From the NCBI GenBank assembly GCA_052426225.1, contig JBNJNM010000011.1:1984001-2048000 (forward strand): DNA of 64,000 nucleotides. Direction: 5' to 3'. The translations under genes and the position numbers were made by a program. The notes under the pieces are model-generated. The model did not search any database. It had not been told where the DNA came from and saw nothing but the letters and a program-made list of their open reading frames with translations. This document shows, one piece after another, positions 21,648-34,411 of this stretch (the first letter of the stretch is position 1; each line of letters starts with the position of its first letter). The stretch is from Zancudomyces culisetae HAW-14-8. Lineage: Eukaryota; Fungi; Kickxellomycota.

Positions 21648-21979
21648 TAATTAGTAAGAATTGTTCCAATATTATTTCTTTATATATTTCTCTATCCGTG
21701 TAGTATAATATTATGTATTATTAATATATGTTTATACTATATTTAACTAATTTTTAATGTGGTTAAGAGTTATTTTATTCAATTAAGTTGTGGGCGATTG
21801 TATTAACCCCCAAATACGTCCTATAATTTTGTGTTAACTATAATCTAATATTAAACTATCCTAATTATGAATGATGGACAAAAACCACGAGGGGAAAAAG
21901 GTCCAATCTAAAAATACTGCTAATTATATAAAATATAAAATAGGTAGATAAATCGTTCCATTGTATTTCTCATACGACA
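21648..21979 (-). mobile_element. Solo LTR family alpha (Tyr stack member 2)
   Basis: Ends CATACGACA; alpha motifs shared with 3799-4130; left terminus decayed. Confidence 0.8.
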
Positions 21980-21982
21980 GTC

Positions 21983-22205
21983 TGTTGTATAATTACATTT
22001 TTAACGTCCTACTGAGTAATATAATAACCCAGTATTATACAGGACGGGACTTTTATTATTATATATTAGGACTATAATTAATTAGGGAGAAAAAGACAAT
22101 TTATTAATTAATTCAAAACTAGACTATTTAATGCATAAAATAATACTAATTAAATAAACCAATAAAATACAAGAAAATACAGGTATATAATTCCACTATA
22201 TATCA
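21983..22205 (-). mobile_element. Solo LTR family beta (Tyr stack member 3)
   Basis: Reverse complement of LTRs 44682-44903 and 48671-48893; spacers GTC and TGTC. Confidence 0.9.
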
Positions 22206-22209
22206 TGTC

Positions 22210-22537
22210 TGTACCAAAACACATTACTATATATTATTTCTTGTAGTTTTTTAATTTATAAGTTATATAAGCTCTACTTTCAGTGTATGAGAATGTTATA
22301 ACTCTCTTTTTGATCCATTTCATGTATTTGTATATGGTAAAAATATATTTAAAAGTTTAGTAATCCTCATCCTTTAAATATAAATATCTCCTTTTCCTAA
22401 CCAAAATTAACTCATTAAAAAAACCAAGTAAAATCTTTGGAAAAAAGAGTCCAATTTCTAGTTAAAAACAAAATAAATTCTATTGGTCCAAATCCAATTT
22501 TGGAAATTCTAGTTTCATATCGCAATTTTATGCGACA
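22210..22537 (-). mobile_element. Solo LTR related to element D LTR (Tyr stack member 4)
   Basis: TG...GCGACA; CTCATTAAAAAAACC..GGAAAAAAGAGTCCAATTT shared with the D LTR; spacers TGTC and TGTCT. Confidence 0.75.
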
Positions 22538-22542
22538 TGTCT

Positions 22543-22808
22543 TGTAAGATTCAGTTTTATTATGAATTCTAACTGGTACTACATTAGGGGTGGTATCACT
22601 AGACTGGGTTTAACCATTTTAAATAGATACTACTTTCTAGTCATACATATAAATGGAACCGGTACATTATTAATGGTCAAAAATTGACAATTTATTTAAG
22701 ATTCAAAATGTTAATTGCTTATATTCTAAATTTTACTAGAATAACCAATAAAATTACTAACTATAAAATTAACCAATAGTATGCAAACATTCTATTATGC
22801 ATACAACA
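22543..22808. mobile_element. Solo LTR (Tyr stack member 5)
   Basis: TGTAAG...ATACAACA, following spacer TGTCT. Confidence 0.6.
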
Positions 22809-22811
22809 TTG

Positions 22812-23353
22812 TGTCGTGAAATTACTGAAGATTTATAATCCAATTATCCACTGGGTTTTTTTGATTGTATATTCCGATAGTAATTTTACGACAATCAAAT
22901 TCACAATGATGCCATCATATTACATCACAGTGTACATAAAATAGTTGACGTCACAGTGAATGTAAATCAGTTGACGTCACAGTGAATGTAAATCGATCTA
23001 GTTCAACTGTCGTGAGTCATTACAACTCACATCAATTAAAACAATGTTTTATGTTTCCATATGATTTAGGCTATCTTTTTTAATTTATAGTAATAATTAT
23101 TTAATTTATTTATAAGTTTATTTAGCTTTTTAAAATTATTTAGACGTTCAAATTTTCGTCAGATAAGGAAAAACAACATTATTATTATATCAATTACTTA
23201 ATAACATATTTAACAATAACAATTTCAATAACAATAACAATAACAATAACAATAACAATAAAATAAAAATATAAAATATTTAATATAAATTATACAAAAT
23301 TTATATTATCAATATTAAATTATAGACTAATAATACTTGCTATTAATACGACA
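22812..23353. mobile_element. Probable old LTR(s) at distal end of Tyr stack
   Basis: TGTCGTG start, ATACGACA end followed by GTC; contains an 82-bp inverted-repeat unit, a 26-bp tandem repeat and (TAACAA)n. Confidence 0.45.
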
Positions 23354-24102
23354 GTCGAATGATTGAGCAATTGTCAATTAAGAACAATTATAGAACAAAT
23401 TGAAGTACACTCATCGCTGAATGATAATTATTTTTTGTATCTGCATGAAATTCAATTTGGAAAATGAACGACACAGTATGAAAATAATTCTACATTCTAA
23501 GTCGACGCAATAATGATATAATTTAATTGAAAATGTCTTAATACTAAATCCTAAATTAAATAATAATATTAGGTGTTCCCAACACCTAATTCAACATACA
23601 CTACATAAGTAAAATATGTAGAGGAAGTTAGTATCAAGTCAAAATAGCTCTTATAGTACATAAGTAATAGTAATTTAAACGTTTTGATGATAGTAGCAGT
23701 TTAATAGAAATTTATATTTAAGGAGCAAGAAGAGGGAAATGGAAAAACTTCATCCATGTTCTACATACGGATTAAATAGTATATTTATTTAAACACAATA
23801 AAACAAACTTCAGAATATTATTTATAATAACCAAAAACCAAAAATGAACTATTTCTTTATAGTAAAAGCGAATATAAGAGGGATTCAGAAACTAGCACCA
23901 GTCTGAGTACGGCTAGTAGCATAGACCAAGAGACCGGGGTTCTTGTTAGATACCAATATTATACACAATAATATTTATATTAACTAATTAACACAGTTAA
24001 TTTATAAAAGTTATTATACATTATACTAGTTTATAACACATAGTATTAATTAATATTAGTTATAATATCATTATTTTTGTTCTACGAGATTACAAACTTA
24101 AT

Positions 24103-27100
24103 TGTTCATGAAAGGGATTAGTATCACCTTTTATACAAATAAGTTTGTACTAAAACTTTAATATAAACTAAAACTATATATATAACTAATATTAATAATC
24201 AAATAAACTAATATCATTAATTAACACAAATTAATGATGATCAATAAAATTGATCATGTGTATCAATATTAATGTTTTAAACTAATAATTATATAATAAT
24301 TAAATCTTTTAAACTAATAATTAATTAATATTAATGATACACATTTTATATCATTAATATTATTTAATACCATATTGTATTTTAATATACAATATTGTTA
24401 TGATACATGTGTATTCATAACATTACCCCCCTTTTAAGGGTACTTGCTAAGTGTTTTTATTCAGATTCGCGTGCGTTTTCGATCTTGCTGAGCCAAAATT
24501 CTTGTATTTTTACGTGTGCGTTAACATCCTGTTCACGCTCCCAACTTCGCTCTTCAGGTCCATATTCTTCGTAATCAATGTAATAATATGTGGTACCATC
24601 AATTTCTTTTGTATCCAAATTTTTATTTACCCCATATTCTATTTCATTATTGATGATTACTGGTGATGGTGGTCTGATGTCTGATCGTATCACTAATACT
24701 GATGTGTGATATTTTTCTAATATTGATACATGATTTACTGGATGTATCTTCATGTTTGGTGGTAATTGTAGATTAAATTTGAAGTCGTTTATTTTTCCTA
24801 TAATCTTGTATGGACCTATCTTTTTGTTGTCCAACTTATTTGTAGGCCTAGTAGTTTGTATATATTTTCGTATTAGCCATACCTTATTACCTATTTTAAA
24901 TTTTGGATGTCGTTTTCGGTTTCTGTCAGCAAACATTTTTCCAGTTTTAAAAGCATTATGTTGTACTTTTTTGATGTCGTCGTGATGTTTTTTCAGTTCA
25001 TTTACATGGTTTTCAGCACTTGGTATTAACTATATTGTTGGTATTTGCGGTGATAATGAAGTATCAAAACCACATAATGCTTTAAATCGTGACATCTTAA
25101 TTGCACTGTGATATGCATTATTGTATGAATATTCAGCTAACGGAAGTAGTTTGTACCAGTTATCTTGCATATAATCACAGTAACACCTCAAATATTGTTC
25201 CAAAGTTTGATTAGTACGCTCAGTTTGCCCATTAGTTTCAGGGTGATAAGCACTAGAAAGTTTTATTTTTACGTTTAAAAGTTCGTAAAAACGCTTCCAA
25301 AACTTGCTTATAAACTGAGATCCTCTATCTGAAATAATTATATCAGGTGTACCATGTAGTTTAAAAACATTTTTAATGTATGCAGTAACAGTTTCGGGTG
25401 AAGTCGATAGCTTTTTAAATGGTATAAAGTGAGCCATTTTAGTATATCTATCAACAATAACCATTATTAATGTATACCCATTTGACTTTGGGAGATCAGT
25501 AAAGAAGTCCATAGTTATAGATTTCCATAGTCCAGGTGCTATAGGTAACGGTTGAATCAATCCATACTGTTTATGTCTGTTAGATTTATTTTTTTGACAT
25601 ACATCACATGTATTAATGTATTCTTTTACATATTTCATTTTTTGTTTTATAAAATAGTTTCGATCCAAATTTTTTATTGTTTTATGTATCCCAAATAGTC
25701 CAGCTGCACCTATTTCATAAACTTCTTGAAGTAATTGCATTCTTAGTACCTCAGGTACATATATTTTTTCATTTATATATATCAATCCATATCTTTTTAT
25801 AATGATATTAGATTCTTTTAGTAATAATTTTATGTCATTAATATCAATATATTCTGCATATATATGTTTTAAAGTTGTTTAAAAGTTCACTTTGTGGTAT
25901 TATGATTGCATTTATTAAGTGTTTTCCTTCAACAATATTGTTGTTATCACTTTTGAATCGTCATAATTAGTATGTCTTGAAAGTGCATCAGGTTTACAAC
26001 TTTGTTTTCCTGGTCTGTAGGTGATATCAAAGTCATATTCATTTATTAATATGATTATCTGGCGGGTCTTCTGTTGAAATTTTAGCGTTTTTAAATGATT
26101 CTAAATTCTTATGAATAGTATAAATTATAAATTTTTGTGATGCTCCTTGTAAGTAATGTCGCCATTCTTTAATTGCATTTATGATTGCTAACAGTTCTTT
26201 GTCATATATCATAATTTATTTCAGCTTTATCCAGTTTATGAGAGTAAAATGCACTTGGAGCGAGCATCCCATCATCAATATATTGTGTTAAAATAGCTCC
26301 AATTGCATAAACTGTAGCATCCGTTTCAACTATAAACTGTTTATCTGGGTTTGGATATTGTAATATCGGTGTAGATGTCAACATATTTTTTATTGTATCA
26401 AATGCTAAATGCTCTTGGGTGTCCATTCCCACTTTATATCCTTTTTTCACAGCTCTTTAAGTGGTCTAGTAACCTTGGAAAACCCTTCAATAAACTTCCT
26501 GTAATAATTTGCGAAGCCCATAAACACTTGTATATCTTTGGTTTAGTTGGTGTATTCCACTCATGCACACATTTAGTCTTTTCTAGATCAGATGATATGC
26601 CTTTATAACTTATAATATGTCCTAATTATGTCACCATTTTGACATAAACTCGCATTTTTCGAGTTTATAATACAGTTTATGCTTCCTTAACTTGCTTAAA
26701 ATATTCATAACATGCTCAGTATGTTATTAATATCCGGTGAAAAGATTAGTATATCATCTAGATATGATGTTGCGTAAACATCCAATATATCTCTTAGTAC
26801 ATCATTAATAAAATGTTGAAATGTTGCAGGTGCATTAGTCAATCCAATTGGCATAACTTGATACTCGTAATGTCCATATCTGCATCTAAATGCGGTTTTA
26901 GGTTCATCGCCTTTTTTTATTCTGACCAAGTTATATGCACTACGAAGATCTAATTTTGTAAATATTCGTGCATCCTTTAATCTGTCAAACACCTCATCAA
27001 TTCTAGGCAACGGATACCTGTTTTTAATAGTGTTTTCATTCAGTTTTCTGTAATCTACACACAGTCTTAGCTCACCAGATTTCTTTTTTACAAACATTAT

Positions 27101-29880
27101 AGGCGCACCATAAGGTGATTTTGAATGCCTTATAAACTTGTTTGCAAGATTCTTGTCGATGTACGACTTTAATTCAGTTAGCTCAGTTTGAGATAGTGGG
27201 TATATAGGACCCCAGAATGGTTTAGAGTCTTATTTAAATCGATTCTACAGTCATATTTACGATGGTTTGACAATGTTTCAGCCATTATTTCATCAAAAAC
27301 GTCAGATAATTCAATATACTTTGATGGTATTTTAGTAGTAACAGATGTAGTATCAGTATCGATTACATTTGAAACAGTTTTGATGACAGTATCATACTTG
27401 ACAAGTATATTTTTATCCGTTTTTCATCAATATTTTCATTAATATTTTGTATAATTTCAGTAGTAAAAGCATCAATATCCATTGAATTTATATCATTTTG
27501 TATTATATATCTATTTTACAAGTTATCTAGAGTTGTTGCTGTAGTATTAGATGTCATAGGAGTAACTTGATTAGAGATGGAATAACTATAGGTGTTCTTT
27601 TCTTGATATTTTAAACTTTTATAGGCAGAAAAGTAGGAGTTGAAATTGGGTATAACTCTGCATCAAGGTTCAAGTTTTTAGTAGTTGTAGTTCAGTAGTT
27701 GGTGTAAATGTATTACTACATACACTGGTAGTTTCAGGTTCAATGGATGTTTCCTGCGTATTTTTTAAATCAACTTTAGTTAATATTTTTTCAATATTAA
27801 CTGTATATTTGTATTTATTCTTAAATTTTTTGTATTTATTCTTTGATAAATATCAGTTGTAATACTTTCAGGTGTGCCACTATTATTATTTATGTTAATT
27901 TCTGATGTATTAATAGCAATACATATGTTTTGGTAATGTTATCTTCAATAGTTTCATTCATTTTTCCATTTTTAAACTCATTATTATCACTTTTTCCATG
28001 AAAAATGATACTTTGATTCTTTTTTGTAATGTCAATTATATTATGTTCTGCATCTTCACTATCTGATAAATTATATTTTTCTTGATATCAATTATGTTTT
28101 GCAAATACATTTGTTGTACGAGTTTGTTTAGTTCGCTAGAAGTCATGTTTTCATCAAATTCAGTGTCATATTTGTTAGATTATTTAATATTTTTGTTAGT
28201 ATTATCTTCAATATTTTGTGTTTTTGTTTATTGACATCCGCAATATTAGTTTTAGGTGTACAAAACATCTCATGATCAAGTAGATATTCATAATTACCAT
28301 AATCATAGGTTTGTACGGCTTCAGTGACCTTATTGTATCACGTGAAAATTTCTTTTTTACGATATTTTTGACCTTATTTATTGTAATAGTACTATTATGT
28401 TCTTCGTTCTTTTCTGATATAAAAAGATATAATTTGATTATTGACATAATAGTGTTAAAATGTACAATATCAAATTACGAAGTGTTGTTTTGTCCAAAAT
28501 AACTGCTATTATCATCACATTTTGCACTATTTTCATCACTATTAATTACATTATGTTCACTATTATCACTATTTTGATCAGTTTTATCATCCTAAGTTGA
28601 TACTTCTGGTCGATATATAATATCTACAGGTCTCTTGTGATGTACACAATTGTTCAAACAGTAATCAGAATTAAAAAAGATGTCGAAAGTATCCCAATTG
28701 ATACTTTGCTTGTGCGTTTTTAACCATGGCATGCCTAATATCACATGACCATGGACAGATTGAATTAGATATAAGTTGATGTTTGCTGTGTAACCATTAC
28801 CAATTAAAACTTTGATATCATTATATGCATGGTTAATACCAGTTGTACTAAGCGTGTTACCATGTATTGATTCAATACTGAATGGGAAGTCAAGTGGTGA
28901 AGGTAATAATTTTAACTTTTTTGCGACATTAATGTCGATAAAGTTCTCAAAAGAACCACTATCAATGAGGCAGTCTACTTGAAATGGTGCTATCATGTCA
29001 TTAGTAATATTTTTATAAATAATTGGTCTGTTTTATGATAATTTTGTGTTGTTTTTACTGCAAAATACGTTGTCCAAAACATGTTTTTTGACCATTAATT
29101 CATCACCTTTTTGATATTTTATATCATTATTATGTTGTTTAATCATTGTGTTGTTGCATGCCGCATACATTTGAACTGTTAAACCACAATTATAAATTTT
29201 ATTATTGTTAGCTAAGTTAACATTATTTGTTTTATTTCTATTTTCAGTTACTTATAGTACTATATTTTGATGTTTATTTATCATGATTTTAACATTTTGA
29301 ATATTATTTATGTTGTTTTTGTTGTTTAAAAGTTGTATATTTATTAGTATTGTTCTAATATTAGCTATTATATTCTATAATATTATTTCAAATACATTTG
29401 CATCCTGAATAATTGTATTCAGATCATCACACAGCGGTTTCATTATCAAATATTGGTTAATGTTTTTGTTTAAACCTCTCATAAATTAGTTCATTAATGC
29501 AGCATCATCAAATCCAGCACCTCTACCAAGTTCTCTAAATTCAGTACCATATTGTAATACCGATTTGGAGCTCTGAATGCATCTACGCAAACCATTTGCG
29601 CACGTAATCTGGTAACTAGGTCCGAAAAACTGGTACAAAATTCCATAAAATGCTGCAAAATCCTTCTATAATTCGATTTTTGTTCTGATCAAATCTTGAA
29701 ACCACATGGCGGCATGTCCTTCCAAATGTGCTCCAATGAATACTAAATTTGTTTTTTCATTTTTTAACGTTGTATCATTAGCCCAAAAATGCATCTCCAG
29801 GTTTGCGGAAAAATAATTAAAATTGTCCGGGTTTCCATCAAACTTTTTAATAATTGTGAGTCTGAATTGTGATCAAATTT
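24103..29880 (-). pseudogene. Decayed chromodomain Gypsy element H (gag, protease, RT, RNase H, integrase, chromodomain; 5' LTR not found)
   Basis: Fragments: gag KFDGNP (~29400-29850), IDSGS protease 28592-28996, YLDD RT 26705-27097, ETDAT 26202-26450, integrase 25030-25785, GPY plus chromodomain 24457-24936, PPT AAAAGGGGGGTAA then LTR ~24422-24103. Confidence 0.9.
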
Positions 29881-29994
29881 TTTGACTCTCCACACTTTTA
29901 AATTAATACTTTAATATTTTATATCTACCAATGTGAAAAATTTTATATAATAAAAAATTTATGTTACAATACTATAATATGAAGTTTGTCAATA

Positions 29995-31717
29995 TGTTAT
30001 ATACCGATTTAAACCACAATATCAATGAAGATAGATTTAATATTGTAACAGGAGGTTAATCATTGTTGAATAGGAAAAAATGTTGTAAATTATTTATAGA
30101 TGATACCCATGACTCATTTATGACGGTGTGTTTCTCAGATTTACAAGGATGTAACGTGAATTTAATTAAACCATCTTTTCAATTCATTAAAAACATATTG
30201 GAAATAATATATATTGCAATGATTTATATTCACGACAAAATCTGTCATATAGTGACATGAACCCTTGGTGATAAACTAATATATACGTTTATCAACAGTT
30301 AATAATTTAATTAATAATATAATTTTAGTTATAGATTAATAGTATATAATGAAAAATAATATTTGATGTTTTTCTAATAGTATTAGTAGATTACTAATTT
30401 AAATTGTTTCAGTATGTGAAAATTTAGTTATACTAATATAATGTTATACATAAGTATGTTTCTAATAATAGAATAAGTATTAATGGGATCATTATTGCAT
30501 AATGAGATAAATATAATTCTATCATACAAGCTTTATAGTAGTAAATTATTAGTTTTAGTCAACTCCAGTTGTTTATATTATTTGCAAAAAATTTCAACTA
30601 TGATTTATTATTAACAATAATTATATGATACATATTATACATGAATAAATATGAAAAATATAAATAATTATAAGTAAAAATATAATTATTCAACTAAATG
30701 TGTTGTATGCTTAGTTCTACCCGAGCTAAACTATTGGATGAACAGCATACAGCTTCTCAAACACCGAATAACCACCGTTATCTCGGGTGTTCGAGCTAGT
30801 AATCTGGGATTACTAGGGTGAAATTAATATCCAAAAAGTGAGTCAATATTAAGTTTTAATTGTTTTATTTTAAGTTTCTATTATATAAAGTTCTAATAAA
30901 ATAGCTAGTCAGGTACTAGTATATTACAAGTAACCCCACCACAAGTTTGGAGGTTTTATCATATCGTTTTATATAGTTAATCGTTAAATAAAATACAAAA
31001 TAGCTATAAAATACTTGATTTTACTCTATAAATTTGAAATTTGTGATTTGAGCAAAACCTACCTTAAAACCAAAAAAAAAATATAGATAGTGAATCGTAA
31101 CACAATTTTCAAAGGGTATCAGAAAGGTATCAGAGTCTAATTTTTGGACCAAAATTAATCGTTTTGCACACCAAATTTTAAGAGTTGGGCGTAATTTTAC
31201 CCAGTTTTATCGCATTTATTGTAGTAATAAATACATAAAACTAAATTAAATATAATTTAAAAGAGTAGAATTGACTGATTAAATAAAGTAAAACTTATTC
31301 CAGTAACAATCCCCCTCTATTAGCAGAACTTTTTGTAGGTTTAGTTGCGGAAATTTCCTGAGAATTATTCTGCAAGCTAATATTACATCACAATTGTCGT
31401 ATAGAAAACCGATTAGAAGGATAAGGGAAATTAGTCCCCGGTTTTATTTAAGTTATATTTAGTTTTATTTATATGTTTAGCTTGAACCCTTTACCCCTTG
31501 TGGTTTTTTCCAATAGTATAAATTAGTTAGTTATTTTAGTTTAATTAGTCAAATATTTGGGGGTTAAATGAAGCTCCCACTTGGAAGAAAAAAATGAATC
31601 ATCTTTATTCACAATTAGAAAAACAGTCTATTCTAGTAAAAGTTTATTATTAGTATTATTAAATTATACGATACAGTAAACCTAATTAAATTATATAACT
31701 ATACTTTTTATTCATCA
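29995..31717. mobile_element. Four tandem solo LTRs: distal part of the Asp stack displaced by inversion (29995-30237, 30243-30696, 30701-31390, 31395-31717)
   Basis: TG..CA-type termini separated by AAATC, AATG, CAAT, CAAT (reverse complement of the ATTG/CATTG Asp target); 31395-31717 has alpha-family motifs. Confidence 0.75.
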
Positions 31718-31721
31718 CAAT

Positions 31722-31871
31722 TGTCGTATGAAAAATTGTATATTGTATAAAAAATTGAGTGTATTACAGTACGACGAAGCTGTAATCACTATTACTTAAT
31801 GTTTAAAATTGGTCCAGGACCTTCCTAAAATAACTAGTTAACTGTAGTTAAGAATCTTTTATTTAGTTATC
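31722..31871 (-). mobile_element. Distal half of element A 3' LTR (inverted)
   Basis: Reverse complement of 4687-4837 (GATAACTAAATAAAAG...CATACGACA), beginning with the GATAA TSD and followed by ATTG on the minus strand. Confidence 0.97.
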
Positions 31872-32283
31872 TGTCAAGATCTGGAGTCAGGAGAGTTATA
31901 TTTATTATTATTAAAGTTTATTGTATGAATGTATACAAGATACTAGATACTGAATCCAAGACAGGAAAATTGTACCCTTTTTATACTTTTTTCCAGCCTT
32001 GGTTTTTGAACAAAATCACTATGAAAACTGCGGAATAGCTAAAAATGCAAGTTAAAGTAAAACGTGTTTGATTACTAATCAATTTGAATTAGTAATCAAA
32101 CAAAAATCAAACTCGAATGCTAATAAAATTAAACATGTGAAAATTATTACGTAAGAAAAATTAATAAATAATGTGAATTTTCGGAAATGTTCTAGAATGT
32201 TTCCCAACATTCTAAACATTACTGCGGAATAAAATCAGATGATTCTAGAACGTTTTCGAACATTCTAGAATCAGTTCATGACA
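31872..32283 (-). mobile_element. Third, inverted LTR of element-B family
   Basis: 412-bp reverse complement of 15215-15626; flanks on the minus strand are GAATT and GATAA. Confidence 0.98.
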
Positions 32284-32846
32284 AATTCTATATACTCTGG
32301 ACTCTGATCGCTTAAATAGTACTGTTCAGTGTTAATTGAGTATTATATTTTATCTATTATTGTGATATAATATTAAACCACCTTTATAATTTTTATCTAT
32401 TTTTTCGTATGTACTGTGACTCAAAAAATTGTTCAAATGTTTTTGATGTTTATTCAAAAATTATTATATCTCACGTATACCATAACGTATTAATTTAAAT
32501 TTTACAAATATTATACATCCATTACCATGTATTACTTATCAAATTTTAGAATACTTGAACCAGCCAATCAACTTTAATTAATCTATTTGTAATAATAATT
32601 TTTTGAACAATTTTTTGGTATTAAAAAAAATTTATCAAATTTGGTGATATGTATCATTTTGATAGGTATAATTTAAAAATTTCAAATGTTACTATTTATA
32701 ACTATTCACAACACAATACATTTTATCTTTTAAATATAAATTTTTAATCAATTTAAATACGATGAAAAAACGCAATAATGCAAAATATTTGAGAATAATA
32801 ATCTGCTGGATAATGGATACTCTTATAGCCAAATGCAACTTAACTA

Positions 32847-34411
32847 CAGTGAGTTTCAAAAATGTCTCAAAATACTTAAAATAATTTTCAAAGTGTAATT
32901 TCTCGCTCAATAATATCCAGAAATTATATGTTTTTTATATTATAATATGCACAAATGTTATAGGTTAATTTTATATAAACTGTAAATTTATAGGATAAAA
33001 ATTCATTATGAAATTTTAAATTGAAAAAATTTTAAAAATGAGACAATTTAAGAATTTTTCAAAAATAAAATTTAAACTATCATAACTTTATGAATTCAAA
33101 CATATAAATTTTTAAACTTTTACATATAATATATATATAATTGTTATACTAATCAAAATAATAATTTTTTAAAAAATGATATCTGAACAACGTTAACTGG
33201 ATATTAAAAACGCGTTACTTGAAGGCAGAAGCATTGACCAAATCATTATAGAAAATAGAGTTAGTAAAGCAACAATATACAGTATAAATGCTGCAATGAA
33301 TATCAATTTACCGGCTAATAAATGCGGTCGTCCAGCGAAGCTTTCACCCCAAAGCAAGCGAATATGTACTAGGATGATATTATCTGGAGAGTATCGATCT
33401 GCTACTTCGATACAAAAGAAGTTAGAAATGGATAATGTTGTAAGTGCTAGTAAGTCTACAATATATAGGGCTTTTAATGATCTAAAAACCGTTGCAAAAA
33501 AGAAGGCATCCAAACCGAAACTGAGCCTTAAAAATATTGCAAAAAGGTTGAGATTCGCAAAATCTCATCGCCACTGGACTACTGATGATTGGAGACGAGT
33601 AATTTGGTCCGACGAAACTAAAATCAACTGATTTGGATCTGATGGAAATGAATGGACTTGGGTTCGTGATGGTGTGAGTCTACAGCCGCACAATATTAAC
33701 CAGACCGTAAAACACGGTGGTGGATCATTAATGATTTGGGGATGCATCACAGCATCTGGAACTGGCTACATATGACTAATAGAAGTAATGTTAAACAAGG
33801 AAGGTTATTTAAACATTTTAAAAGACGAGCTTAGCAATACAATTAAGTACTACAAGTTGGATCCCAAGTCAATAATATTTCAACATGACAATATTCCTAA
33901 ACATACCTCAAAGTTAATTACCAGCTGGCTTGAAAACCAGGAATTAATACATTGGACTGGCCGCCACAATCTCCAGACTTCAACCCAATCGAAACTATAT
34001 ATGCAATCATCAAAAGACGCCTAAATAGATACAGTAAACCTCCGTCCGGGATGATCGAATTATGGGAGCGAATAGAAACGGAATGGAATTTAATTTCAGT
34101 GGAAACAATACTTGGTCTTATAGATAGTATGCCCAAAAGAGTTGAGGCAGTTATCAAGTCTAAAGGAAGGTGGACAGAATTTTAAAGTTTTTTTTTAAAA
34201 AAATTCCCAAAATTGTCTCATTTTTAAAATTTTTTCAGTTTATAATTTTATAATGAATTTTTAACCAATAATAATACTAATTATATAAATCTGAATATAA
34301 AATTTGTGCATAATAAAATATAAAAAACATATAATTACTGAGTATTATTGAGCGAGATATTACACTTTGCAAATTATTTTCAATATTTTGAGACATTTTT
34401 GAAACTCACTG
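32847..34411 (+). mobile_element. Tc1-family (DD34E) DNA transposon with ~215-bp TIRs
   Basis: TA|CAGTGAGTTTCAAAAATGTCTCAAAATA...TGAGACATTTTTGAAACTCACTG|TA; inverted homology extends ~215 bp. Confidence 0.95.
33176..34185 (+). pseudogene. Tc1 transposase, disrupted (stops and frameshift)
   Basis: GRPAKL, WSDET, KHGGGSLMIWG, FQHDN, WPPQSPDFNPIE; 34 residues between the second D and E after frame correction. Confidence 0.93.
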
